This document shows, piece by piece, positions 6,792-14,990 of a stretch of DNA of 32,000 nt. The position numbers were made by a program, and so were the translations under genes. Origin of the DNA: an uncultured Alphaproteobacteria bacterium (GTDB lineage: Bacteria; Pseudomonadota; Alphaproteobacteria; Rs-D84; CACZYB01). Numbering within the stretch: position 1 is the first letter of the stretch; each line of letters starts with the position of its first letter. A model generated the notes under the pieces. It was not told the origin of the DNA. It searched no databases and saw only the letters and a program-made list of their open reading frames with translations. The DNA lies in the NCBI GenBank assembly GCA_934246625.1, contig CAKQHZ010000004.1:1-32000 (forward strand), read 5' to 3'.

Positions 6792-6805
6792 ATTATTTGG
6801 AATTA
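6792..6805. repeat. truncated CRISPR repeat remnant abutting the last repeat
   Basis: attatttggaatta equals repeat nt 1-5 (attat) plus nt 12-20 (ttggaatta) with nt 6-11 missing. It begins 1 nt after repeat 5 with no spacer between them. Confidence 0.4.
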
Positions 6806-6808
6806 CCT

Positions 6809-7618
6809 TTATTTCTTTTCACTAAATTTTTTCTTTAGGAAGAAGCCGAAGCTGATAGCAAGAAGTATGCTTACCAAAATTATGTAGTAAAAGATATTTT
6901 GTTTGTTTGCAAATGGAAGTCGGACATTCATTCCATAAAGACCTGAAATACTTGTGATAATAAGAGCTGAAACGTTGACTATTGTCAATGATTCCATTCG
7001 TTTGTTTGTTATATTATTTGTGATAATTTCAAGAGTACTTTTTAAATTTGATACATTTTTTGAATATGAAACTGCGGTTTCAAGGGCCTGATCATTTTCA
7101 ATTTTTGCATCGTTTATAAACTCATTATTTGGGGTTAGTGTTATGATTTTGTTTAAGACTTGCAAATTACCCTTTATTGCAATTATATATTCGTCCAAGT
7201 CATTTTGAAGTTCAAAAAGAGTCAACAAATCTTTGTTTTTAACATGGGTTTTTGAGGAGATTTTTATCTTTTTTATTTTTGTATTCATTGTTTTAAGGCT
7301 TTTAAAATATGCTTCTGTGATTTTATAAATTGCATCAACAATGATTAAAGTTGTGTTTTCTAATGATTTATCTAATTCAAAAGGAAAGTCCTTTTCATGC
7401 AAAAAGTAGGCAACATTTTTGGTTAAATAAATTCCCAATGTTTCGACATCGTTTTTTAACGGATACTTTAAAATGATTTCTGTATAGTCGTTTTTGCCCA
7501 AAAAACGTGCGATTTCGTTAGAGTCCTGGACATCTAAAAATAAATCCTCGTCAATGTTATATTTGGATATAATTTCCTTTGCATCTGAGTCTTTTATATT
7601 TATATCTTTTATAATCAT
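6809..7618 (-). CDS. short CorA-family divalent metal ion transporter-like protein
   Basis: 269 aa. The C-terminal SGLYGMNVRLPF (GMN signature) lies between two hydrophobic helices (VSALIITSISGLYG and IFYYIILVSILLAISFGFFL). AAGGA lies upstream of the ATG. It is shorter than typical CorA. Confidence 0.65.
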   Translation of the reverse strand: MIIKDINIKDSDAKEIISKYNIDEDLFLDVQDSNEIARFLGKNDYTEIILKYPLKNDVETLGIYLTKNVAYFLHEKDFPFELDKSLENTTLIIVDAIYKITEAYFKSLKTMNTKIKKIKISSKTHVKNKDLLTLFELQNDLDEYIIAIKGNLQVLNKIITLTPNNEFINDAKIENDQALETAVSYSKNVSNLKSTLEIITNNITNKRMESLTIVNVSALIITSISGLYGMNVRLPFANKQNIFYYIILVSILLAISFGFFLKKKFSEKK

Positions 7619-7760
7619 TTTAGTTCCTTATTTTTCTCTCTAATTTCAATATGATAGTATATATTTTTTTTTATTGCAATTTATTTATTTTTTTATTGAC
7701 ATTTTTGAAATATATTCTATTGTTTTTAAACAAAAAAAATAATTTTTTACAGGGGTTATT

Positions 7761-8615
7761 ATGAAACAAGTTGTTCGTTCTAATCAAGAAATTTTTAATT
7801 CATTATTGAATTTTAAAAAGTTTATTGTGTATCTTCCTTTTTTTAAAAAGTATAATTTTGATATTTTAAAGGAGGAAATGTTTTCTGAAAAGGCTGGGGT
7901 GTTTGATAATCCTAAGCAAGTGGCTGGTTTTGTAAAAGATTATACTCTTATTGTATATTTGAATAGATTGAATTCTGGGTTTGAAGAATTTTATACTAAT
8001 ATTATTACTAGTTATCCTCAATATTTGCATATTCCTTCTCGTATATTTGAATTGTATGCTGATTTTGGTATGATAAAGTTATTAAATAAAGGGGGAATAG
8101 ATATTTCAAAAACAGATGTATTTAAGAATGATGAGTCAATTTATTCAAAATGTTATTCAATGAAAAATTTAGATTATAAAAAATATTTGAAAAAGTGGGA
8201 TTCCCTTGATCCTGTAGATTTGATAGTGAAATATTATCCTAGAGATAATGTTTTTGATGTAAAAATGGATAAAAATGATTATCAAGTTACTATTAAAAAA
8301 ATTAACAATGAAAATGTAAAAGTTAAAACTTTTATTGATTTTAATGATAATGCGTATAAGTCTTTTTATGATTTTTATAAGTTCGCTGGGTTTTATTCAA
8401 GAACTATTGATAAATATAAATTAAGGTCTATGGTAAGAGCTTCACAAACAGAACAAGAATTAAGAAAAAATTTATTTGATTTTAATGATTTCTTGGTTGA
8501 AAAAAATAATTATCCTCTTTCATTTAATTTTAAAAATTCAAATAAGGAAAAGGAAATTATTATTCACGAAGAATTGAAACAAAAGTTGTTAAAAAATACT
8601 TATTCAATGAGATAA
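7761..8615 (+). CDS. hypothetical protein (no recognisable domain)
   Basis: 284-aa ORF with AGGGG upstream of the ATG and a terminator downstream. It is K/N/F/Y-rich and I recognise no motif. Confidence 0.5.
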   Translation: MKQVVRSNQEIFNSLLNFKKFIVYLPFFKKYNFDILKEEMFSEKAGVFDNPKQVAGFVKDYTLIVYLNRLNSGFEEFYTNIITSYPQYLHIPSRIFELYADFGMIKLLNKGGIDISKTDVFKNDESIYSKCYSMKNLDYKKYLKKWDSLDPVDLIVKYYPRDNVFDVKMDKNDYQVTIKKINNENVKVKTFIDFNDNAYKSFYDFYKFAGFYSRTIDKYKLRSMVRASQTEQELRKNLFDFNDFLVEKNNYPLSFNFKNSNKEKEIIIHEELKQKLLKNTYSMR

Positions 8616-8620
8616 TAAAA

Positions 8621-8645
8621 AAGAGGTTTTGAAGCCTCTTTTTTT
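8621..8645. terminator. bidirectional terminator between convergent genes
   Basis: aagagg (8621-8626), loop ttttgaag, cctctt (8635-8640), then a T-run, with an A-run before the stem. The T-run overlaps the pepA stop codon. Confidence 0.5.
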
Positions 8646-10089
8646 ATTTATAGTTTTTTAAGAAATCGTATATCAATCTTACACCATATCCTGTTAATCC
8701 TTTTGGTGAAGTATTTGTTTCAGATGAGGTCCAAGCTGTGCCTGCGATATCAATATGAGCCCATGGTGTATCCTGTGCAAAATTATGTAAGAATTCGGCA
8801 GCAGTGATTGAGCCAGCATATCGTGCAGGGTGGCTTATGTTTGCCATATCAGCAACAGGAGAACTTAGCATCTCATTATATTTTTTTGAAAGTGGGAATT
8901 GCCATAATTCATCGCCTGTTGTGTTGCCTGATTTTAATAATTGTAAAGCAAGTTTTTCTGAATTGGTGAAAAGACCTGCCTTGTATTCGCCAAGTGCAAT
9001 AAGGATTGCACCAGTTAATGTAGCAAAATCAATAATTGCGACAGGATTTAATTTTTCCTTTGCATAAGTAATGCAATCGGCAAGAACCAATCTTCCTTCG
9101 GCATCAGTATTTAAAACTTCAACAGTTTGTTTTGAAAGTGAAGTTAGTATATCACCAGGTTTATAAGATGCTCCATCTGGCATATTTTCGGCAAGTCCGA
9201 TTACACCAGTGATATTCATTTTTGCCTTTTGTTTTGCAAGCATTTCCATAATGCCAACAACGGTTGATGCTCCTGTCATATCGGATTTCATTTCGTCCAT
9301 ATTTGCAGATGGCTTTATTGAAATTCCACCGCTGTCAAAACATAATCCTTTACCAACAAGGGCGATGGTGTTTTTTGATTTTTTGTTTCCTGTGTATTTC
9401 ATTATTACCATATAAGGAGGATATTTTGAACCTTGTCCCACAGCAGTAATTAAATTTGCACCAATCTTTTTTAATTGCTTTTCATCTAGGATTTCAATTT
9501 TTATACCAAGTTTTGAAAGTTTTTGAACTTCCTTTACAAATTGAGTTGTCGTTAAAATGTTTGATGGTTCGGTTGCAAGATTTCTTGTGGTGATAACTCC
9601 ATCAATGATAGCATTTGTTTCTGCAAAGTTTTCCTTTGCTTTGAGTGGGGTTTCTGTGTGAATATAAAGAGTATATTCAGGTTTCTTTTTTTCCTTTGTA
9701 ATATATTTATCGAATTTGTATGTTTTTAATTTTGCACCATAGATTAGTTCAAAATTTTTTTCGTCTGAAAAATTATCTAACATTAAAAGGGCAGTTGAAA
9801 GTTTTTCACGTCCTAAAACTTTGCCAACAATTCCACCAATTTTGTTTAATGAAAGGTTGTCGATTTCATTTGAATTGCCAAGTCCAATTAAAATAATTTT
9901 TTCGGCATAGATTGTTAATGTATCACCAATTTTGCCTGTGAAGGTTGAATTTTTTATTGATTTTGTGATTATGCCTTTTAATTCCTTATCAATTTTTTTT
10001 GTGGTTTGGGAAAAGTTATTGTCGTTATAGATACCAAGGATTGTAAAGTCGTAGTTGTCTTTTATTTTTTCTGTGAATTGAATTTTCAT
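8644..10089 (-). CDS. pepA: leucyl aminopeptidase (M17 family)
   Basis: 481 aa. Contains the NTDAEGRLVLAD signature plus VGKGLCFDSGG and MKSDMTGA. AAGGAGGG lies upstream. Confidence 0.9.
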   Translation of the reverse strand: MKIQFTEKIKDNYDFTILGIYNDNNFSQTTKKIDKELKGIITKSIKNSTFTGKIGDTLTIYAEKIILIGLGNSNEIDNLSLNKIGGIVGKVLGREKLSTALLMLDNFSDEKNFELIYGAKLKTYKFDKYITKEKKKPEYTLYIHTETPLKAKENFAETNAIIDGVITTRNLATEPSNILTTTQFVKEVQKLSKLGIKIEILDEKQLKKIGANLITAVGQGSKYPPYMVIMKYTGNKKSKNTIALVGKGLCFDSGGISIKPSANMDEMKSDMTGASTVVGIMEMLAKQKAKMNITGVIGLAENMPDGASYKPGDILTSLSKQTVEVLNTDAEGRLVLADCITYAKEKLNPVAIIDFATLTGAILIALGEYKAGLFTNSEKLALQLLKSGNTTGDELWQFPLSKKYNEMLSSPVADMANISHPARYAGSITAAEFLHNFAQDTPWAHIDIAGTAWTSSETNTSPKGLTGYGVRLIYDFLKNYK

Positions 10090-10098
10090 TTTCCCTCC

Positions 10099-11805
10099 TT
10101 ATGCTTTTATTGATGATTGAAATAGTGTTCGTGCAGCTTCGATTGCTTCGGCTGTGATTTTATCGCCAGAAATAATTCTTGCAATTTCTTGAATCCTTTG
10201 TGCTTCGGAAAGTTGATTGACTGAGGTGATAGTTTTATTTTTTTCTTCGTCATAATATTTTTCAACTTTGAAGTGGTGATTACCGAATGATGCGACTTGT
10301 GGTGAGTGAGTTACGACCATAGTTTGTATGTGTTTGCTTAGGTTTGCAAGTCGTTCACCAACGGCACTTGCAGTTGCACCAGAAATTCCAGTGTCTACCT
10401 CATCAAAAATCATAGATGAGACAGAGTTTTCATCGGAAATAACAACTTTGATTGCAAGTGTGAAACGGGCAAGTTCACCACCAGATGCGATTTTGTGAAG
10501 ATAGTTTTTGTTTTCACCGAAGTTGGTTGAACCCATAAAACAAACTGTGTTTATTCCGTTTGATGTAAATTTATTTTCATCAGTTTCAGTTGTGATGACG
10601 GTTTCAAAAGTTGCCTTTTCAAGTTTGAGTGGTGGCAATTCTTTCATAACACGAGTGGATAATTCTTGACCTGTTTTTTTTCTTTCATCGGATAATTTTG
10701 TTGCAATTTCAAGGTATGATGATTTTGCAAGTTCTTCGTCCTTTTTCTTTTCATTTAAAACGTTGTCGGAATTGTTAATGTTATCGACAATTTCCTTTAG
10801 CTTTTGTGTGAATGCAGGAAGTTCATCAGGTGAAACTTTGTGTTTACGGGAAAGTTCACGAATTGAAAATAAACGTTCTTCCGTTTTTTCTAATGTTTCA
10901 GTGTCGGACATATCAGAAGAAAGAATTTGTGATAATCTTTCGTATGCGTCAGAAAGGTTTTGTGATGCTTCGTTAAGTGCTGTGATGGTGTCGTTTATGT
11001 TGTCATTTTTTGCATCATCAGGTATTCTTTCAAGAGCATAGGTTGCATCACCAATAAATTTTTCTGGTTCATCACCATATTTTGAAAGATAGTCGAAAGC
11101 GTCCTTTATTGATGTGATAATTTTTTCTGAATTTTGAAGAAGGTGGCGTTTTTGTGAAAGTTCTTCCTCTTCACCGACTTGAGGATTTAATGATGTTAGT
11201 TCAGAAAGATTGTGTTTAAGGTAGTCTTCATCTTCCTTTGCCTTTAAAAATTCTTCTTCGGTTTTGATGCGAATTTTTCGTTTTTCTTGCCAATTTTCGT
11301 ATGCGGTTTTTGTTTGCTCCTTTAACTTTTCAAGATTTCCGAATGTATCAAGAATATTTATATGTGTTGCAGGATTAAGTAGGCTTTGGTTATCAAATTG
11401 TCCGTGAATTTCAATTAAATCAGGGCTTATTGATTTTACCAATGAAAGGCTTACAGGCATATCGTTGATAAAGATTTTATTTTTACCATCTTTGTTCAAA
11501 GTGCGTCGTATGATAATTTCATTTTGATTTGAAATTTCGTTTGAATTTAGTATTTCATTTTCAATAAGTTTTTTGATGGCTGGGTGGGTGGCTTTTAAAT
11601 CAAATGTTGCACACACAGAAGTCGAATCACAATCCTTTTGTATGATTGATGTATCGCTTCGGGAACCAAGCACAAATGAAACGGCGTCAAGGAGGATTGA
11701 TTTACCTGCTCCTGTTTCACCAGTTAAAACGGTTAGTTTGTGTCCGAATGATAAAGTTAAATTTTCAATCAAGATGAAATTTTTAATTATCAAGTTTGTA
11801 AGCAT
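10099..11805 (-). CDS. recN: DNA repair protein RecN
   Basis: 568 aa. Walker A GETGAGKSILLDA at the N-terminus, a long coiled-coil middle, and the C-terminal ASGGELARFTLAIK / IFDEVDTGISG signature and Walker B. Confidence 0.9.
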   Translation of the reverse strand: MLTNLIIKNFILIENLTLSFGHKLTVLTGETGAGKSILLDAVSFVLGSRSDTSIIQKDCDSTSVCATFDLKATHPAIKKLIENEILNSNEISNQNEIIIRRTLNKDGKNKIFINDMPVSLSLVKSISPDLIEIHGQFDNQSLLNPATHINILDTFGNLEKLKEQTKTAYENWQEKRKIRIKTEEEFLKAKEDEDYLKHNLSELTSLNPQVGEEEELSQKRHLLQNSEKIITSIKDAFDYLSKYGDEPEKFIGDATYALERIPDDAKNDNINDTITALNEASQNLSDAYERLSQILSSDMSDTETLEKTEERLFSIRELSRKHKVSPDELPAFTQKLKEIVDNINNSDNVLNEKKKDEELAKSSYLEIATKLSDERKKTGQELSTRVMKELPPLKLEKATFETVITTETDENKFTSNGINTVCFMGSTNFGENKNYLHKIASGGELARFTLAIKVVISDENSVSSMIFDEVDTGISGATASAVGERLANLSKHIQTMVVTHSPQVASFGNHHFKVEKYYDEEKNKTITSVNQLSEAQRIQEIARIISGDKITAEAIEAARTLFQSSIKA

Positions 11806-11814
11806 AATTATTCC

Positions 11815-13980
11815 TTAATTGTATTTCAAAACGGTGTTTATCATTTTTATTGATTTTAAATCTGAAATAATGTTGTTTAAATGTGTTATGTTTTTAACAT
11901 CTATTGTTATCAAAAATTCAATAAATTCACTTGTTTTATTGGCAACTTTGATGTCTTCGATTATTGCATTTTCGCGTGCAAGAATAGATGTAATTTCATT
12001 TAAGGCACCAGATGTGTGATTGCAAAGCACAGAAATTTTTGTGCTGAAAGTTGAATCTTTGAACGCATTGTAATCGTCCCATGTAAGATTGAAAAGTTTT
12101 TCAGGTGTTTTTTCATATTTTGAAAGTTGCTTACAATTTTTTTTATGAATTGTAATGCCTTTGCCTGTATGAATTATTCCGATGATTTCATCTCCTGGAA
12201 GAGGATAACAACATTTTGCAAAGTGTATAGGTATGTTTGATAAAACTCCACTTGTTAATGTTTGAGTATCGTTTTGTGGATTTACTTTGTTGACAACATT
12301 TAAGAAATTATCGACATCAAATTCCCTTTTCTTTTCAGATGTTTTTAATTCTGGGTAAAGTGAGAATAAAACGTGGTCTGGGGTATATTCCTTTGACCCA
12401 ACAAGTAAATATAAATCGTCAAGTCCAGTTGCACCATATTTATTTAAGATTGAGTGTAATTCCTTTTCATGGAAAGTTTTTTTGTAATTTTCAAATGATG
12501 TTTGAATAAGTTGCTTTCCATATAGAATTGTTTGTTGCTTTTTTTGTTGTTTTAGAAAATGTCTTATTGCTGTTTTTGCCTTTATTGTTGCAACAAATCT
12601 TTCCCATTCTGGTGTTGGGGTTTGTGTTTTAGAGGTAAGAATTTCAACTTCGTCCCCAGTTTTAAGTTCAGTTCTGATGTTTTTTATAACCTTGTTTATT
12701 TTTGCACCGACACAATGGTTTCCGATGTTGGAGTGTATGTTGTATGCAAAATCAAGTGCGGTTGCACCAAGTGGAAGAACAATCAAATCTCCCTTTGGTG
12801 TGAAGCAAAATACAGAATCAATGAAAGGTGAAAGTTTTGTATGTTCCACAATTTCGTCTGGAGATGAGATATTTTTTATTGCATCAACCATATTTTTTAA
12901 CCAATCGAAATCGTGTGAAGATATATCGGTTTTGCCTTCCTTATACATCCAATGGGCAGCATATCCGTATTGTGCAACCTTGTCCATTTCTTCGGTTCTT
13001 ATTTGAATTTCAATACGTTTGTTTTGTGGTCCAATTACGGTTGTGTGAAGAGATTGATATTTATTTGGTTTTGGGGTTGAAATATAATCCTTAAATCTGT
13101 TTGGAATCATTTTATAAGTTGAGTGAATCATACCCAAAATTTTATAACAATCTTCGACTGTTTTTGTGATAAAGCGGAATGCAATTATATCAAATATTTC
13201 GTCAAAACGGACATTTTTGTTTTGCATTTTTCGCCATATAGAATATGGACTTTTTTCACGGCCGTAAATTTTTGCCTTTATTTTATGTTTGAATGTTAAT
13301 TCGCTTAATTCGTCAACGATAGGTTCGATTAGGTCGGTTCCACGCTTTCTTAAATCTTCAAGTTTTTCTTGAATAAAATGGTATTCGTGAGGATAAAGTT
13401 CCTTAAAACAAATGTTTTCCATTTTTCGTTTTAATTCTTCCATACCCATACGTTCAGCAAGTGGAATATAAATATTTAATGTTTCAAGTGCAATACGTTG
13501 TCTTTTTTCTGGGGATTTATGGAATTGTAAAGTGCTTATGTTATGAAGTCGGTCAAGGAGTTTTATTATTAAAACACGAATATCCTTTGATACAGAAATT
13601 ACGAAGTTGCGGTAATTTTCTGCCTTTAACATTTTTTCTGATTTTATTTTTAATGAACGAAGTTTTGTAAGTCCGATTACAAGTTCGGCAACATCATCAC
13701 CAAAAAGATTTTGGATTGTTTTTATTGATGTTTCTGTATCTTCTACAACATCGTGAAGTAAAGCTGCAATGATTGAGTCAACATCAAGTTCATAAGTTTT
13801 TGCAGCAAGCATTGCAACTGCCAATGGGTGGGTGAAATATGGTTCACCACTTGCACGCTTTTGTCCTGAATGCTTTTCTTGTGCAAATGTGTAGGCAAGT
13901 TCAAGTCTTGCTTTATCAGATGCTTTTAAATCTGGTATATAACTTTTGACGGCATTTACTAAATCAGCTTTTGTTTCCAC
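11815..13980 (-). CDS. spoT: bifunctional (p)ppGpp synthetase/hydrolase (RelA/SpoT homologue)
   Basis: 721 aa. HD hydrolase motif LLHDVVEDT, synthetase region YRSLHTTV-like (YQSLHTTVIGP) and C-terminal TGS/ACT-like regions. Tightly packed (9-nt gaps) with recN and pepA on the minus strand, so probably co-transcribed. Confidence 0.9.
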   Translation of the reverse strand: METKADLVNAVKSYIPDLKASDKARLELAYTFAQEKHSGQKRASGEPYFTHPLAVAMLAAKTYELDVDSIIAALLHDVVEDTETSIKTIQNLFGDDVAELVIGLTKLRSLKIKSEKMLKAENYRNFVISVSKDIRVLIIKLLDRLHNISTLQFHKSPEKRQRIALETLNIYIPLAERMGMEELKRKMENICFKELYPHEYHFIQEKLEDLRKRGTDLIEPIVDELSELTFKHKIKAKIYGREKSPYSIWRKMQNKNVRFDEIFDIIAFRFITKTVEDCYKILGMIHSTYKMIPNRFKDYISTPKPNKYQSLHTTVIGPQNKRIEIQIRTEEMDKVAQYGYAAHWMYKEGKTDISSHDFDWLKNMVDAIKNISSPDEIVEHTKLSPFIDSVFCFTPKGDLIVLPLGATALDFAYNIHSNIGNHCVGAKINKVIKNIRTELKTGDEVEILTSKTQTPTPEWERFVATIKAKTAIRHFLKQQKKQQTILYGKQLIQTSFENYKKTFHEKELHSILNKYGATGLDDLYLLVGSKEYTPDHVLFSLYPELKTSEKKREFDVDNFLNVVNKVNPQNDTQTLTSGVLSNIPIHFAKCCYPLPGDEIIGIIHTGKGITIHKKNCKQLSKYEKTPEKLFNLTWDDYNAFKDSTFSTKISVLCNHTSGALNEITSILARENAIIEDIKVANKTSEFIEFLITIDVKNITHLNNIISDLKSIKMINTVLKYN

Positions 13981-14068
13981 TTTTTAATCCTTTTATTTAT
14001 ATAAAATAATCTTAGTCTAAAATCTTTTGATTGTAAAGATGGATTTATTCATTTTTTATTGTTTTTTA

Positions 14069-14144
14069 TGTTAAAATACCCCTTGAAAGTTATAAGAAAA
14101 TGCTGTAATTTGCTTGATGTATGAATTTTAAGGAGTTTTTTATG
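14069..14144 (+). promoter_or_regulatory. copy A of a duplicated promoter/5'UTR/RBS block (drives the acyltransferase gene)
   Basis: tgttaaaataccccTTGAAAgttataagaaaaTGcTGTAATttgctt...ttttAAGGAGtttttt-ATG. By eye it is roughly 85-90 percent identical to 14913-14990. Confidence 0.5.
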
Positions 14145-14906
14145 AAAAAAATACTTGTGAAGTTGCTTTGTGCTTTTATTCCTGTTACAAATATTCGGAA
14201 ACTTGTTAGGTTTTGTTTGTATGATGCAAAAGCATTTAACAATAATATTATTTTAGTTGAAGATGGAAAAGAATATGTTAATTCTTTCTTTAAAATTCTT
14301 AAACTTGTTAGAATAAGGAATTTTCGAATTTGTATTTCTGGAAAGAATAATACAATAAAAATCTTTTTACCGGTTTTTGTAGATAAATCTTCTGTTGCAT
14401 TAAATGGAAAAGATTCATATTTGGAGTTGGGGTATCATTGCGGACTTCGTCATAGTTCTATTTTTATGTGTGTAGGATTTTGTGCTGATGTAAAACAAGT
14501 CCTTAAAATTGGGGAGTATTCTCATCTTTTAAAAGCAAGGTTTAGATTTCTTGATGCAGGAGAATGTATTATAGGAAAGCGAAATATGATTGCAAGAAGA
14601 GTGGATTTTATGGTAAGTGATTGCCATTCAATTTTTGATTGTGATACGAAAAAGGTTTTAAATAAGCAGAAAAATCCTCTTTCAATTGGGGATCATGTTT
14701 GGATTGGTGAAGATGTTATTATACTTAAAAATGCACAAATCCCTAACAATACTATTATTGCAAGGGGAAGTGTGGTTGCAGGTAAATTTAAGGAAGAAAA
14801 TACTGTTATTGCGGGTAATCCAGCAAGGGTTGTTAAGACTGGGGTTAATTGGAATGTATCATCGCCAGAAGAATATGAAAGAGGTAAGGTAGATAGTATT
14901 CATTAA
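14142..14906 (+). CDS. hexapeptide-repeat (left-handed beta-helix) acyl/acetyltransferase
   Basis: ORF 14121..14906. I placed the start at ATG 14142 (AAGGAG at 14130-14135). The C-terminal IGDHVWIGEDVIILKNAQIPNNTIIARGSVVAGKF..NTVIAGNPARVV is a hexapeptide repeat. The N-terminal KLLCAFIPVTNIRKLVR resembles surface-polysaccharide modification enzymes. Confidence 0.7.
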   Translation: MKKILVKLLCAFIPVTNIRKLVRFCLYDAKAFNNNIILVEDGKEYVNSFFKILKLVRIRNFRICISGKNNTIKIFLPVFVDKSSVALNGKDSYLELGYHCGLRHSSIFMCVGFCADVKQVLKIGEYSHLLKARFRFLDAGECIIGKRNMIARRVDFMVSDCHSIFDCDTKKVLNKQKNPLSIGDHVWIGEDVIILKNAQIPNNTIIARGSVVAGKFKEENTVIAGNPARVVKTGVNWNVSSPEEYERGKVDSIH

Positions 14907-14912
14907 TATTCT

Positions 14913-14990
14913 TGTTAAAATAAACCTTGAAAGTTATAACAAAATGTTATAATTTGCTTTGAGTATAAATTTTAAGGAGTTTTTATTATG
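14913..14990 (+). promoter_or_regulatory. copy B of the duplicated promoter/5'UTR/RBS block (drives glyQS)
   Basis: tgttaaaataaaccTTGAAAgttataacaaaaTGtTATAATttgcttt...ttttAAGGAGtttttatt-ATG. It has an extended -10 TGtTATAAT (14945-14953) and TTGAAA at 14927-14932. Confidence 0.5.

Noticed and set aside
14121-14141. ATG at 14121 as the start of the acyltransferase ORF.
   Set aside because: It lies upstream of the AAGGAG RBS. The paralogous glyQS leader has ATA at the equivalent position, so it belongs to the duplicated 5'UTR. ATG 14142 is the supported start.
14855-14870. taattggaatgt inside the acyltransferase gene, resembling the repeat core tattggaattaaatgt.
   Set aside because: It is only an 8-mer match inside a coding region, with no flanking repeat similarity.
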